Shown here: piece after piece, positions 46,827-56,036 of the stretch
Layout of the letters: every line of letters begins with the position of its first letter
Position numbering within the stretch: position 1 is the stretch's first letter
Source: Candidatus Wirthbacteria bacterium
GTDB taxonomy: Bacteria > Patescibacteriota > CG2-30-54-11
Assembly (NCBI GenBank): GCA_903889905.1
Contig: CAISZI010000048.1
Location: 5,881-69,880 of the forward strand
Reading direction: 5' to 3'
Length of the DNA stretch: 64,000 nucleotides
Program-made: the position numbers and the translations under genes
The notes under the pieces: generated by a model
The model's input: the letters and a program-made list of their open reading frames with translations, nothing else
What the model was told of the DNA's origin: nothing
Databases searched by the model: none

Positions 46827-47564
46827 CTAATCCTCCCGCTGGTGATGGTGCAACATGTGCTGATGGCCGTCATCTGGTAGACAAAAATCCTTTAGACTGC
46901 CGTCATAAACCACCTTGTTTTCCAGGTAAAGCAGCTTGGTCGCGTCATCCCCAAGGTCACTCAAATCATGCGAAATAAAAATGATCGTAACCCCGTGTGC
47001 GCGGTTCATATGCCGCAGCAGCGCAAACAGATTTGCGCGTGCTTTGCCATCGAGTGAACTGGTCGGCTCATCCATCACCAGCAATTCCGGCGTGGAGATC
47101 AAGGCTCTGGCGATAAACACTTTCTGTTGCTGCCCACCCGAAAGTTCCTGCACCGATTTGTGCCGCAGATCGAGGATGTCCATTTCCTGCATGATGTCGC
47201 CAACCATTTTGCGATCGTCCGCGGTAAAACGTTTGGGCAGGTGCTTTTGGGCAAGTAATCCGAGCTTGATGATTTCTTCGACCGACGCGGGAAACAGCGG
47301 GTTAAAGGAGTACATTTTTTGGGGTACATAGCCGACCCTGTGCCAGTGGCTGAATTTACCCAAAGGCTGGCCGAATAATTCGATCTGGCCAGTGTGTGGC
47401 ATGATGCCCAGCAGTGCCCTGACCAGCGTTGATTTGCCGCTACCATTGGGTCCGGCCACCACGACGTAATCCTGCTCACGAATCGTGAAACTGGCATTGT
47501 CCAATGCTTTTGTAAAACCATAGTTTGTGTTCACCGTCTCAAACCGCACTATAACGTCGGACAT
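46827..47564 (-). CDS. znuC: metal ABC transporter ATP-binding protein
   Basis: GPNGSGKSTL, LSGGQQQKV. Confidence 0.8.
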   Translation of the reverse strand: MSDVIVRFETVNTNYGFTKALDNASFTIREQDYVVVAGPNGSGKSTLVRALLGIMPHTGQIELFGQPLGKFSHWHRVGYVPQKMYSFNPLFPASVEEIIKLGLLAQKHLPKRFTADDRKMVGDIMQEMDILDLRHKSVQELSGGQQQKVFIARALISTPELLVMDEPTSSLDGKARANLFALLRHMNRAHGVTIIFISHDLSDLGDDATKLLYLENKVVYDGSLKDFCLPDDGHQHMLHHHQRED

Positions 47565-48490
47565 GGCTGGCCCTCCACAAGCTGATGCAAGTTGTGTTCC
47601 ATGATCTCAACAAATGTCACCCCGCTGTCCAAGTCAGCCTTACTGACATTGTGCGCTGGATTGATCGCAAGCAGTTTTGCCTGTGTTTCATTTGCCAGCG
47701 TTTGTGCGATCTTGGGACTGGATAAGGCTTCATCATAAACTGTCAGCACGTGGTTGGCTTTGATATCGTCAACCAGATTCACCAAATCCTGCGCTGAAGG
47801 TTCTGCATCAGGTGCCACTCCCTGGGCCGCGCGGTATTGCAAACCATAACGCTTGGCAAGATACCCCAAGGCGTAGTGCCCACCATAAACAAGCGTTTTG
47901 TTGGGACAGGATGAAAATGTCTGCTGGTATTGCAGGTCCAAGGCAGTCAGTTGCTGCTTCAATTGTTTGGCACGCGACAAATAATCCTGTTGATGCGTCG
48001 GATCGCGTTCTGACAGAATTTGTTGCAAATGGTCAATCACCAGCTGATCATTGCCAAAATCCAACCAAAAATGCGGGTCAAGTGTGCCAACCGGTTCATC
48101 GGGATCATGAAAAACCGCACCAATCAATTGTATTCCGGCGCTGGCATCCACGACCGTAAGCTGCTGACTTGCAAGGCTGCTCAAGAGCCCCTTTAGCCAA
48201 GGTTCCATCGTATTTCCGGAATACATCAACACATCGGCCTGCTCAATAGTCTGGATATCCCGGGGCGACGGCTCAAAACTGTGCGCATCCACGCCAGGTG
48301 GCAAAAGCAATGTCACTGTGCCGTCATTGCCAACCAATGACCGTGCAAAGTCATACCAGGGAAATAACGTCGTGACAATTTGAAGTTTTCCCACTGTCCG
48401 CGTTTTTGGTTTCCATGTTGTGACAAGAGCACCAATACCAAGTACCAGAATAAGTACCATAACACCAAACAAAGCCATTCTATTTTTCAT
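47549..48490 (-). CDS. znuA: metal ABC transporter substrate-binding protein (ZnuA/TroA family)
   Basis: Signal peptide (MKNRMALFGVMVLILVLG), cluster-9 SBP. Start set at MKNRM.., which overlaps the zur stop as ATGA. Confidence 0.7.
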   Translation of the reverse strand: MKNRMALFGVMVLILVLGIGALVTTWKPKTRTVGKLQIVTTLFPWYDFARSLVGNDGTVTLLLPPGVDAHSFEPSPRDIQTIEQADVLMYSGNTMEPWLKGLLSSLASQQLTVVDASAGIQLIGAVFHDPDEPVGTLDPHFWLDFGNDQLVIDHLQQILSERDPTHQQDYLSRAKQLKQQLTALDLQYQQTFSSCPNKTLVYGGHYALGYLAKRYGLQYRAAQGVAPDAEPSAQDLVNLVDDIKANHVLTVYDEALSSPKIAQTLANETQAKLLAINPAHNVSKADLDSGVTFVEIMEHNLHQLVEGQPCPTL

Positions 48491-48921
48491 GCGGTTGTCT
48501 CCGCAGCCAAAACGACACAAGTCGGGCATAGACCAAAGAATTTCAGATCATGACCCGCAATAACAAAACCAGTACGATCGGTGATCTGCTGCTCCATCAA
48601 ATGCAATTCATCCTCCATATCCAGACAAGTCACAGCGTTGCACTGCTGACAAACTATGTGATGGTGGTGAGAAGTGGGCACAGCTTCATAGCGCTTGTTG
48701 CCTTCACCCAGATCGATTTCACAGATCAATCCCTGCTCCACCAGGAACTTCAACTCGCGGTAAACCGTTGTTTTGTTCACTTTGAGTCCCCGCTCAAACA
48801 AGACGGCGACCAGATCCATCGCCGACAGTGGCTTTTGTGATACATCCAGAAGTTCCACCAAGGCTTTGCGTGCTTTGGTGAGGCTATGGCCACGAGATTT
48901 GAGGTCAGTGAGTTGTGTCAT
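48487..48921 (-). CDS. zur: Fur-family metalloregulator, probable Zur
   Basis: Winged-helix N-terminus, HHHH..CxxC..CxxC; heads the znuACB operon. The ORF-track start is TTG; ATG at MTQLTD.. chosen. Confidence 0.7.
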   Translation of the reverse strand: MTQLTDLKSRGHSLTKARKALVELLDVSQKPLSAMDLVAVLFERGLKVNKTTVYRELKFLVEQGLICEIDLGEGNKRYEAVPTSHHHHIVCQQCNAVTCLDMEDELHLMEQQITDRTGFVIAGHDLKFFGLCPTCVVLAAETTA

Positions 48922-48928
48922 TTGTAAA

Positions 48929-48943
48929 TGCAACTAAGTTGCA
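48929..48943. promoter_or_regulatory. candidate Zur operator (7-1-7 palindrome TGCAACT-A-AGTTGCA) over the zur ribosome-binding region
   Basis: Perfect palindrome 8 nt upstream of the zur ATG. Confidence 0.25.
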
Positions 48944-48997
48944 AAAGCGCTCAAAGCATAAGCCGTGAGCACTTCATTGTCAAATGAGTGCTACTCT

Positions 48998-49762
48998 TTA
49001 CCGTTTAAAATTCCACATCCGGTTGGCGTATTTTTCATCTGCCAGTTCCTGGGCGCGCTGCAATTCCACCGCTGTCACGGGTTTGCGTTCAAACTCGACT
49101 TGAAGATGTTCCCCAAATCCCTGCACCATGCCGGCAATCGTTTCGTCAAAAGTCACTGCACGCCCGAGCAATATTTCCAATCCCGTCACACGCTGTTTCA
49201 CATCAGCAATCAGCTTGCCTTTGAGTTTCTCAGCCGGTACCTTGAGCAGCGAGAACATTTTTTCCACATCCACCTGCAGCAAGATCGTCCCATGCTGCAA
49301 CAAATAATCGCCACGCCGCGTCTGGGCATTGCCGGAGATTTTTTTGCCATTCACCACCAGGTCATTGAGCGGTATAAATTCGGCCTCAACGCCCATGTGC
49401 CTGAGTCCAGCCAGTACACCACCGCAAATATAACGGTAGGAATCCAGAATTTGCTTAGGAATGCCGGCAAAGCCAACGGGCGCTACCAAATTGTAAGTGA
49501 CTTCTTGGGCGTTCAGCACTGCCCCACCGCCGGTTGTACGACGAAGATAACTGACCCCAAGCCGCTCGCAGGCTTCCAGGTCAACCTCTTCTTCCATCCC
49601 CTGAAAATAGCCGATGGTCACATTTTCCGGACTCCAGCCATATAACCGCAGCGTTGGCAGTTCACTTCCTGATACCACTTCCTCAAGGATGGTCTCGTCC
49701 AATCCCATATTGATCGGCCCCGGACGTTTGGGGTCAATGATTAAACGCATTTTGTTATTCAT
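48998..49762 (-). CDS. lplA: lipoate-protein ligase A, N-terminal catalytic domain only
   Basis: Collinear with the E. coli LplA N-domain (..RRTTGGGAV.., ..KKISGNAQ..). Start at MNNKM/MRLIID. Confidence 0.7.
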   Translation of the reverse strand: MNNKMRLIIDPKRPGPINMGLDETILEEVVSGSELPTLRLYGWSPENVTIGYFQGMEEEVDLEACERLGVSYLRRTTGGGAVLNAQEVTYNLVAPVGFAGIPKQILDSYRYICGGVLAGLRHMGVEAEFIPLNDLVVNGKKISGNAQTRRGDYLLQHGTILLQVDVEKMFSLLKVPAEKLKGKLIADVKQRVTGLEILLGRAVTFDETIAGMVQGFGEHLQVEFERKPVTAVELQRAQELADEKYANRMWNFKR

Positions 49763-50069
49763 GTTTTTGTCCTTCCTCAGCCTGTGCTTTGGCCAGTAAA
49801 ATACCATAAGCAATACCCTGTGAATTGACACCAAATAGTTCCATGCCGAAATGGCTCACGACCCGTTCGATTGACGACACCATGAAATTCTCCGAAAGCG
49901 CGCAGCCCACCAACGCCTTTTCAATTTCCTCTATCCCGCTTTCGGGGTGAATGAAAAAATCCCCTTGCAGCAACACTTTGGTGATCTGGTTACTGCTTTC
50001 ATCCCAGGTTAAAAAAACTTTGAGCAGTTTCCCGTCAGGAATTTTGTAAACTGATTTGGCTTTTAACAT
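49755..50069 (-). CDS. lipoate-protein ligase C-terminal accessory domain protein (LplB-like)
   Basis: 104 aa immediately upstream of lplA-N. Resembles the LplA C-domain. Confidence 0.5.
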   Translation of the reverse strand: MLKAKSVYKIPDGKLLKVFLTWDESSNQITKVLLQGDFFIHPESGIEEIEKALVGCALSENFMVSSIERVVSHFGMELFGVNSQGIAYGILLAKAQAEEGQKHE

Positions 50070-50584
50070 CGGTTCCTCTCATATAACTCCAGTGACTTAA
50101 TAAATCCCTGCGTGAACTTTTCTCCTTTTTTAATCATCACTTTTATATCATTCACTTTTTTAAATTGGACCGATTCTGTTTCTGTTGGATCAAGGACAAA
50201 CGGCCCATTATGATGACAGACAAATAACCCTCGATTTTCCCGCTGACGGTCGCTATAGGCATGGTAGTCACAAACAAGCTCCAGACCGTCAATCTTAACT
50301 CCCAATTCCTCTTTGATTTCGCGTCTTGCTGTCTCTTCATAGGTCTCGCCGGATGAAACTTGTGCACCAACCGAGGCATCCCAATATCCGGCATAATCTT
50401 TCCTGGCCTTCGCCCTTTTTTGAACCAAAATTTCACCTGTCGCATTGATCACCAGAACGTGGACACCCCGGTGAATCGCATGGATTGCATGCACCTTGTC
50501 CCGGGTATCCCGGCCAATGATGCGATCACTTTCGTCAACAATATCGAGATATTCAATGACCATTCTTTTCTGCTTTCTCGGCAT
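50063..50584 (-). CDS. NUDIX hydrolase
   Basis: Nudix box ..GETYEETARREIKEELGV.. Start at MPRKQKRM (the ORF-track start further upstream overlaps lipA). Confidence 0.7.
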   Translation of the reverse strand: MPRKQKRMVIEYLDIVDESDRIIGRDTRDKVHAIHAIHRGVHVLVINATGEILVQKRAKARKDYAGYWDASVGAQVSSGETYEETARREIKEELGVKIDGLELVCDYHAYSDRQRENRGLFVCHHNGPFVLDPTETESVQFKKVNDIKVMIKKGEKFTQGFIKSLELYERNRC

Positions 50585-51407
50585 GATAGGAACTCCGCAC
50601 CAGTGGCCCCGACTCCACATGTTCAAACCCCATCTCCAGAGCCTTCTGCTTGATCTCGCCAAACTCAGCTGGCGTGTAATATTTCGCAACTTCCCAATTT
50701 TCCTTCGTCGGCCGCAGGTACTGTCCCACGGCAAGTCGCTGCACATTAGCCCGGTGCAAGTCGGCAAGTAAGGCCCAAATTTGTTCAATCGTCTCGCCCA
50801 CACCGACCATAAACGCTGTTTTGCTCACCGTCTTCCCGCTCTCGCCAACCCGCGCCAAAAGTTCCAGCGACTGGTCATAATCCCCACCTGGACGCACCTG
50901 CTTATATAATTCTTTAACCACCTCAATATTGTGGCCCAGTACATCCGGTTTGGCGTTGATGACGGTTTGCAAATCGGTCCAGTTGTATTTGAAATCCGGA
51001 ATCAGCACCTCTACCTTCACACCAATTTCACGTAACAATCCAATCGTCTCGGCATACATGGCCGCGCCACCATCCGGCAGATCGTCCCGCGTCACCGAGG
51101 TAACGACAACGTAGTCAAGTTTGAGCTCTTTGACCGCATCGCGCAGGCGCTTGGGCTCATCCAGGTCGTACTCCGGTGGTTTTCCCGTCTTCACATTGCA
51201 GTATTTGCAATGCCGAGTACAGGTATCGCCCAGGATAAGGAACGTTGCGGTCCCCGCGTTCCAGCACTCATCGCGATTGGGACACAGCCCTTCGACGCAA
51301 ATCGAATGCATGCGGTGAGCCTGCAGGATTTGGCTGACAGCTTTAAGTTTGGCGCCGCTGGGGACACGGACCTTGAACCAGTCGGGTTTGCGTTGATTAA
51401 TATTCAT
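50553..51407 (-). CDS. lipA: lipoyl synthase
   Basis: C..C..C and CxxxCxxC radical-SAM motifs (..TCTRHCKYCNV..). Confidence 0.9.
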   Translation of the reverse strand: MNINQRKPDWFKVRVPSGAKLKAVSQILQAHRMHSICVEGLCPNRDECWNAGTATFLILGDTCTRHCKYCNVKTGKPPEYDLDEPKRLRDAVKELKLDYVVVTSVTRDDLPDGGAAMYAETIGLLREIGVKVEVLIPDFKYNWTDLQTVINAKPDVLGHNIEVVKELYKQVRPGGDYDQSLELLARVGESGKTVSKTAFMVGVGETIEQIWALLADLHRANVQRLAVGQYLRPTKENWEVAKYYTPAEFGEIKQKALEMGFEHVESGPLVRSSYHAEKAEKNGH

Positions 51408-51416
51408 TGTGATTTT

Positions 51417-51737
51417 CTAGGCTTCGAAAGGTAGTTCTTCGCCAATGCTTTTACGCGATTCGTTATGCATTTTTTCGCGAAACGTACTAATGGCTTCTTG
51501 ATACTGTGGTCTAAATGTTAGTAGATTTTCAGGATCTAAACCAATTTCTTGAACATCCAGGATTGCTTTGTCCAAAATCGGGGCTGCTTGCTTTCCGAGC
51601 CTGTCAACACGATCATACCCTTTTAGTGTTGCTGCATTATTCGCCAGATCGTTTGCATCGAAATAAGCTTCGATAGCATTTGCTTCTTTTTGGTTTTGGA
51701 CAGTGACAGATGCATTGTCCATATAAACCTTCTTCAT
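51417..51737 (-). CDS. hypothetical 106-aa protein between lipA and gcvPB
   Basis: ORF track, trimmed to MKKVYMD.. Confidence 0.35.
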   Translation of the reverse strand: MKKVYMDNASVTVQNQKEANAIEAYFDANDLANNAATLKGYDRVDRLGKQAAPILDKAILDVQEIGLDPENLLTFRPQYQEAISTFREKMHNESRKSIGEELPFEA

Positions 51738-51750
51738 TAAAAAAAAAGAA

Positions 51751-53178
51751 CTATTTCTGGTACACGACTCTCGGTTCCCTTGCCGCCTTGACCTCATCCA
51801 GGCGGTTGACCGGCGTCGTGAGCGGAGCGTCATGAATGATCTGCGGATTGGTCTTGGCTTCACCGGCAATTTCAATCATCACGTCACAAAACTCGTCAAG
51901 CGTTTCCTTGGATTCCGTTTCCGTCGGTTCAAACATCATGGCTTCGTGCACAATCATCGGGAAGTAGATGGTGGGTGGATGGATGCCGTAGTCAATCATG
52001 CGTTTGGCAATGTCCTTGGTATTGATGCCGTTTTCCCGCACCTGCTTTTCCGAAGTCAGGACGCATTCGTGCATACAAACCCGCTGATATGCCACGTCAA
52101 AATGTGGGCTCAGCCGCGCCATGACATAGTTGGCGTTCAAAACAGCATTTTCTGCCGCCCGTTTCAAACCCTTGGCACCCAGGCTACGGATGTAAGTAAA
52201 CGCCTTGACCATGACACCGAAATTGCCATAAAACGCTTTCATTTTGCCAATGCTATCGGGTTTGTCACCGACAAATGAATAAACGCCATCGTTAAGCTCA
52301 ATCCGCGGCACAGGCAAGAAATCCGTCAGGATTTGCTTCACGCCAACCGGGCCGCTGCCGGGTCCGCCACCACCGTGCGGAGTGCTGAAGGATTTGTGCA
52401 AATTGAGTTGAATCACATCAAAACCCAAATCTCCTGGCCGGGTAATACCCATGTAGGCATTCGTATTGGCGCCGTCACAGTAAAACAAGCCGCCCTTGGC
52501 ATGGACGATCTTGGCCACTTCCGTGATGTTGCGTTCAAACAACCCGAGCGTGTTGGGGTTGGTCAGCATCAATCCTGCCACTTCCTCGGTCATCAATTCG
52601 CGCAAACTGTCGAGATCAAGCCCACCTTCGGCATTGGATTTCACGCTGACGATTTCGTAGCCACACAATGCACTGGACGCTGGATTGGTGCCGTGCGCGG
52701 CGTCGGGAATGAGCATTTTGGACCGTTTTTCGCCACGTTTTTCAAAGTACTTCTTGATCAGCATTACGCCGGTCAGTTCGCCATGCGCGCCAGCCGCAGG
52801 TTGCAGTGTAAACGCATCCATCCCACAGATCTCACGCAAATCCTTTTCCAGTTCAAACATCAGCTGCAAACTGCCCTGTGACCACGCTTCTGGCGCATAG
52901 GGGTGAGCCTCTGTAAAACCTGCGAGTTTGGCCATGTCTTCGTTGATTTTGGGATTGTACTTCATGGTACAGGAACCCAGTGGGTAAAACCCAATGTCCA
53001 CCCCGAAGTTACGGCGCGACAGTTGTGTGTAATGACGGACAAGATCGATTTCCGCCACCTCCGGCAAATCAATTTCCGCGCGTACCAAAGAGGCATCAAG
53101 TTCAACGGCCGGCACGTCAAAACCCTGAATTTCACTGGCTCTGCGCCCAACGCGACTTTTTTCAAAAATCAGCTCCAT
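51751..53178 (-). CDS. gcvPB: glycine dehydrogenase (decarboxylating) subunit 2
   Basis: 475 aa. PLP-lysine region ..NLHKSFSTPHGGGGPG.. Confidence 0.9.
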   Translation of the reverse strand: MELIFEKSRVGRRASEIQGFDVPAVELDASLVRAEIDLPEVAEIDLVRHYTQLSRRNFGVDIGFYPLGSCTMKYNPKINEDMAKLAGFTEAHPYAPEAWSQGSLQLMFELEKDLREICGMDAFTLQPAAGAHGELTGVMLIKKYFEKRGEKRSKMLIPDAAHGTNPASSALCGYEIVSVKSNAEGGLDLDSLRELMTEEVAGLMLTNPNTLGLFERNITEVAKIVHAKGGLFYCDGANTNAYMGITRPGDLGFDVIQLNLHKSFSTPHGGGGPGSGPVGVKQILTDFLPVPRIELNDGVYSFVGDKPDSIGKMKAFYGNFGVMVKAFTYIRSLGAKGLKRAAENAVLNANYVMARLSPHFDVAYQRVCMHECVLTSEKQVRENGINTKDIAKRMIDYGIHPPTIYFPMIVHEAMMFEPTETESKETLDEFCDVMIEIAGEAKTNPQIIHDAPLTTPVNRLDEVKAAREPRVVYQK

Positions 53179-53189
53179 ACGGGTTCCTC

Positions 53190-53465
53190 CTATTTAAACG
53201 TAGTTTTGGGAACGATCGCATCCATCATCCACCACTTGCCGTCAAAAAAACTCCGCACGCTATCCTGATACTTATCGGTAAAATACTTCACCGCGTCCCC
53301 TTCGATTTCTTCGACATCACAAACACAGACAATCTGAAAATTCTTGGGCTTGCACTCACTCACAAATACATGCTCGAACCTCTCCTCAGTCTCTGCCAGA
53401 TGCTCCGCAAAGGCCTCGACTTCCTGTTGGCTGCTGTCTTTTTTGAAAGTGAAGAGAAAAATCAT
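53190..53465 (-). CDS. hypothetical 91-aa protein, possibly Dabb-type alpha+beta barrel
   Basis: MIFLFTFKKDSSQQEVEAF.. pattern. Lies between gcvPA and gcvPB. Confidence 0.35.
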   Translation of the reverse strand: MIFLFTFKKDSSQQEVEAFAEHLAETEERFEHVFVSECKPKNFQIVCVCDVEEIEGDAVKYFTDKYQDSVRSFFDGKWWMMDAIVPKTTFK

Positions 53466-53497
53466 GTTTTCCTTTATGGTTCTTCAGGTATCAAGTC

Positions 53498-53584
53498 TGT
53501 CATTGCGAGGAGTCTTCGAGGTGGCAATCTTTTTTCTTTTTTACGAGAGATTGCCGCGGTCGAAAAGCCTCCCTCGCAATGACA
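53498..53584. repeat. palindromic intergenic element, copy B (13-bp terminal inverted repeats TGTCATTGCGAGG...CCTCGCAATGACA)
   Basis: Arms at 53498-53510 and 53572-53584; interior self-complementary around a T-run. Homologous to 21217-21296. Confidence 0.6.
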
Positions 53585-53602
53585 TTTGACTTACTTTAGA
53601 AA

Positions 53603-54958
53603 CTATCTCAGCACTCCCACCACTTCATCCATCTCGACCTTGCATAACATTTCCGTGGCACAAAAAACGACGCAATTCTTGTACTCGGGATAAACCGTTC
53701 CCAAGTCATATCCGCCCAAAATCCCGTTGGCCTTTAATTGCTCGTTCACTTTCCGGGCATCCGGTACCCGCAATGCAAATTCGTTGTAGGTCGGCCCGTC
53801 AAAAACCGCGGACCACCCGGGCAATTTCAACAATTCGGATTTCAGGTATGCGGCTTTGGCCACGTTCAGTTTCGCCAATTCTTTCAAATTCTTGCCAAGG
53901 CTCGACAGATACACAGCGGCCGCCAGCATACACAAAGCTTCGTTGGAACAGATGTTGCTGGTCGCTTTTTCACGACGGATATGTTGTTCACGGGTCTGCA
54001 AAGTCAGGACAAAACCACGTTTGCCATTTTTGTCTGTGGTTTCACCCACCAGACGGCCCGGAATCTTGCGCATAAAGGCTTCGGTGCTAGCCAGAATCCC
54101 CAGGTATGGACCACCAAAATTCAAAGCATTGCCAAAACTCTGGCCCTCGCCCACCACGAAATCAGCACCCAGTTCACCGGCCGGTTTGAGCAAGCCCAAA
54201 GAAGTTGCCTCAGTCACGCCAACAATCAGCAAGGCACCTTTGGCATGCACAACGGGAGCCATTGCCGCTACATCTTCAATCACCCCGAAGAAATTCGGGC
54301 TTTGGATCATGACTGCGGCAACGGTTTCATCCAGTGTAACTTCCAGGATACTAGGATCAACCCGGCCATTTGCCAAGGAACAAATTTCAACTACTTCATA
54401 CCCATTGGCCCAGGCATAAGTCTGGACCGTTTTACGCCATTCAGGATGCACGGAACAGGCTGTGATTAATTTCTTGCGCCCTAGTGTTTTGCAGGACAAA
54501 ACCGCCGCTTCCGCCATGGCCGAGGCGCCATCGTACATCGAGGCATTGGCCACAGCCATACCTGTGAGGCGAGCAATCATCGTCTGGTATTCAAAAATTG
54601 CCTGCAAAATCCCCTGACTGATCTCTGGTTGATACGGCGTGTAAGCGGTATAAAATTCCGACCGTCCAATGATATGGCTCACGATCGCCGGCACATAATG
54701 GCGGTAAGCGCCCGCGCCCATCAGGCTGATCGAGGGGATTTTGTTTTTGCCCGCAAGCTGTTTCATCAGTTTGCTGACTTCCTGTTCCGAAAGTCCAGAG
54801 GGCAAGTCGAGATCATTTTTCAAACGCAAAGCCGAAGGAATATCCACAAACAAATCCTCGACCGACTTTACCCCAATCGTCCCCAGCATCTGCTTCTGAT
54901 CGTCACCCGTATGCGGAACGTAATCCATACCGCCCTCCTCATTGATTAATTCTTTCAT
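53603..54958 (-). CDS. gcvPA: glycine dehydrogenase (decarboxylating) subunit 1
   Basis: ..MDYVPHTGDDQKQML.. Confidence 0.9.
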   Translation of the reverse strand: MKELINEEGGMDYVPHTGDDQKQMLGTIGVKSVEDLFVDIPSALRLKNDLDLPSGLSEQEVSKLMKQLAGKNKIPSISLMGAGAYRHYVPAIVSHIIGRSEFYTAYTPYQPEISQGILQAIFEYQTMIARLTGMAVANASMYDGASAMAEAAVLSCKTLGRKKLITACSVHPEWRKTVQTYAWANGYEVVEICSLANGRVDPSILEVTLDETVAAVMIQSPNFFGVIEDVAAMAPVVHAKGALLIVGVTEATSLGLLKPAGELGADFVVGEGQSFGNALNFGGPYLGILASTEAFMRKIPGRLVGETTDKNGKRGFVLTLQTREQHIRREKATSNICSNEALCMLAAAVYLSSLGKNLKELAKLNVAKAAYLKSELLKLPGWSAVFDGPTYNEFALRVPDARKVNEQLKANGILGGYDLGTVYPEYKNCVVFCATEMLCKVEMDEVVGVLR

Positions 54959-55002
54959 ACCCCCTTCCCTTTACTAAAGGGAAGGGCTGGGGATGAGTTC
55001 TC

Positions 55003-55389
55003 TTAACTCTCCATCACCTTCCCATACGCTGCCACATCCATCAATTTCTCCAACTCCGCCGGGTTGCTCATCTTCACCTTGGCAATCCAACCCGCGCCAA
55101 ACGCATCCTGGTTGATCAGCCCGGGATTGGCTTCCAGTTCAGTATTCACTTCGACGACTTCGCCACTCACGGGCGAGTAAACATCGGAAACCGACTTAAC
55201 GGACTCAACGGCCGCGAGCTGTTTGCCTTGCTCCACTTTTTTGCCAATGGCGGGAAGTTCGGCAAACACCACTTCCGTGAGCAGTTCCTGCGCGTGGTCG
55301 GTGATACCAACGGTGACGATATCGCCCTCGACCAGCGCCCATTCGTGGTCTTTGGTGTATTTAAGGTTGGCGGGATTGGATTTGGACAT
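55003..55389 (-). CDS. gcvH: glycine cleavage system H protein
   Basis: Lipoyl-lysine motif ..AVESVKSVSDVYSP.. Confidence 0.9.
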   Translation of the reverse strand: MSKSNPANLKYTKDHEWALVEGDIVTVGITDHAQELLTEVVFAELPAIGKKVEQGKQLAAVESVKSVSDVYSPVSGEVVEVNTELEANPGLINQDAFGAGWIAKVKMSNPAELEKLMDVAAYGKVMES

Positions 55390-55415
55390 GATATAACTCC
55401 TTATACAACAAAAAA

Positions 55416-56036
55416 TTAATTGACCTGCCGCACAAGTTGGCTGCCTTCATAAACAAATAAACCTGTTTCCTCGGACCCAAAATCTTGCTTGGGGCCAACG
55501 AACAACACCAGATATTGTATTGGTGACAAACTTTCCAAGGCTGACAGACATTTGGGATGGCAAGCTTTGAGTAATTCCCGATCAGCAGCATTGGTCTTGG
55601 CGCCGATAATAAAATTGGTCACATTCCCCAGCAAAGACCAGGTGACTGTTTTCGTAAACGAAAAATGCGGACATTCAATCAGCAAATTGATCCCCAACGA
55701 CCGACATTCAGCCAGGAGATGATTAATCAGTTCACTTTTCCAGGATGCCAGATCACGCACGAACACATATTTTGTTGCCACTGGTGACAAATCCATCGAG
55801 ACGTATTTTTGCAAAAGGTCAACCAATTTACCAAAATCATTGACCGCATATGAACTGTATTCCAGGTCGGTTGTCTGACTGAATTCAGCAACCTTGGCAA
55901 GCTCACCATTTTTGGATAGCACTTTGGCCATGGCTGGCAGCCATGTTGCGAGCACGCCGTTTGGCGCACCCGGAATTTCGCCAACAATCAAGGTTACACG
56001 GGAAAAAGCAACGGCATTAAAATCCAGGACAGACAT
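55416..56036 (-). CDS. hypothetical 206-aa protein embedded between gcvT and gcvH
   Basis: ORF track. No recognisable motif. Confidence 0.45.
   Translation of the reverse strand: MSVLDFNAVAFSRVTLIVGEIPGAPNGVLATWLPAMAKVLSKNGELAKVAEFSQTTDLEYSSYAVNDFGKLVDLLQKYVSMDLSPVATKYVFVRDLASWKSELINHLLAECRSLGINLLIECPHFSFTKTVTWSLLGNVTNFIIGAKTNAADRELLKACHPKCLSALESLSPIQYLVLFVGPKQDFGSEETGLFVYEGSQLVRQVN

Noticed and set aside
53738-54469. 243-aa and 187-aa plus-strand ORFs inside gcvPA
   Set aside because: Antisense to gcvPA.
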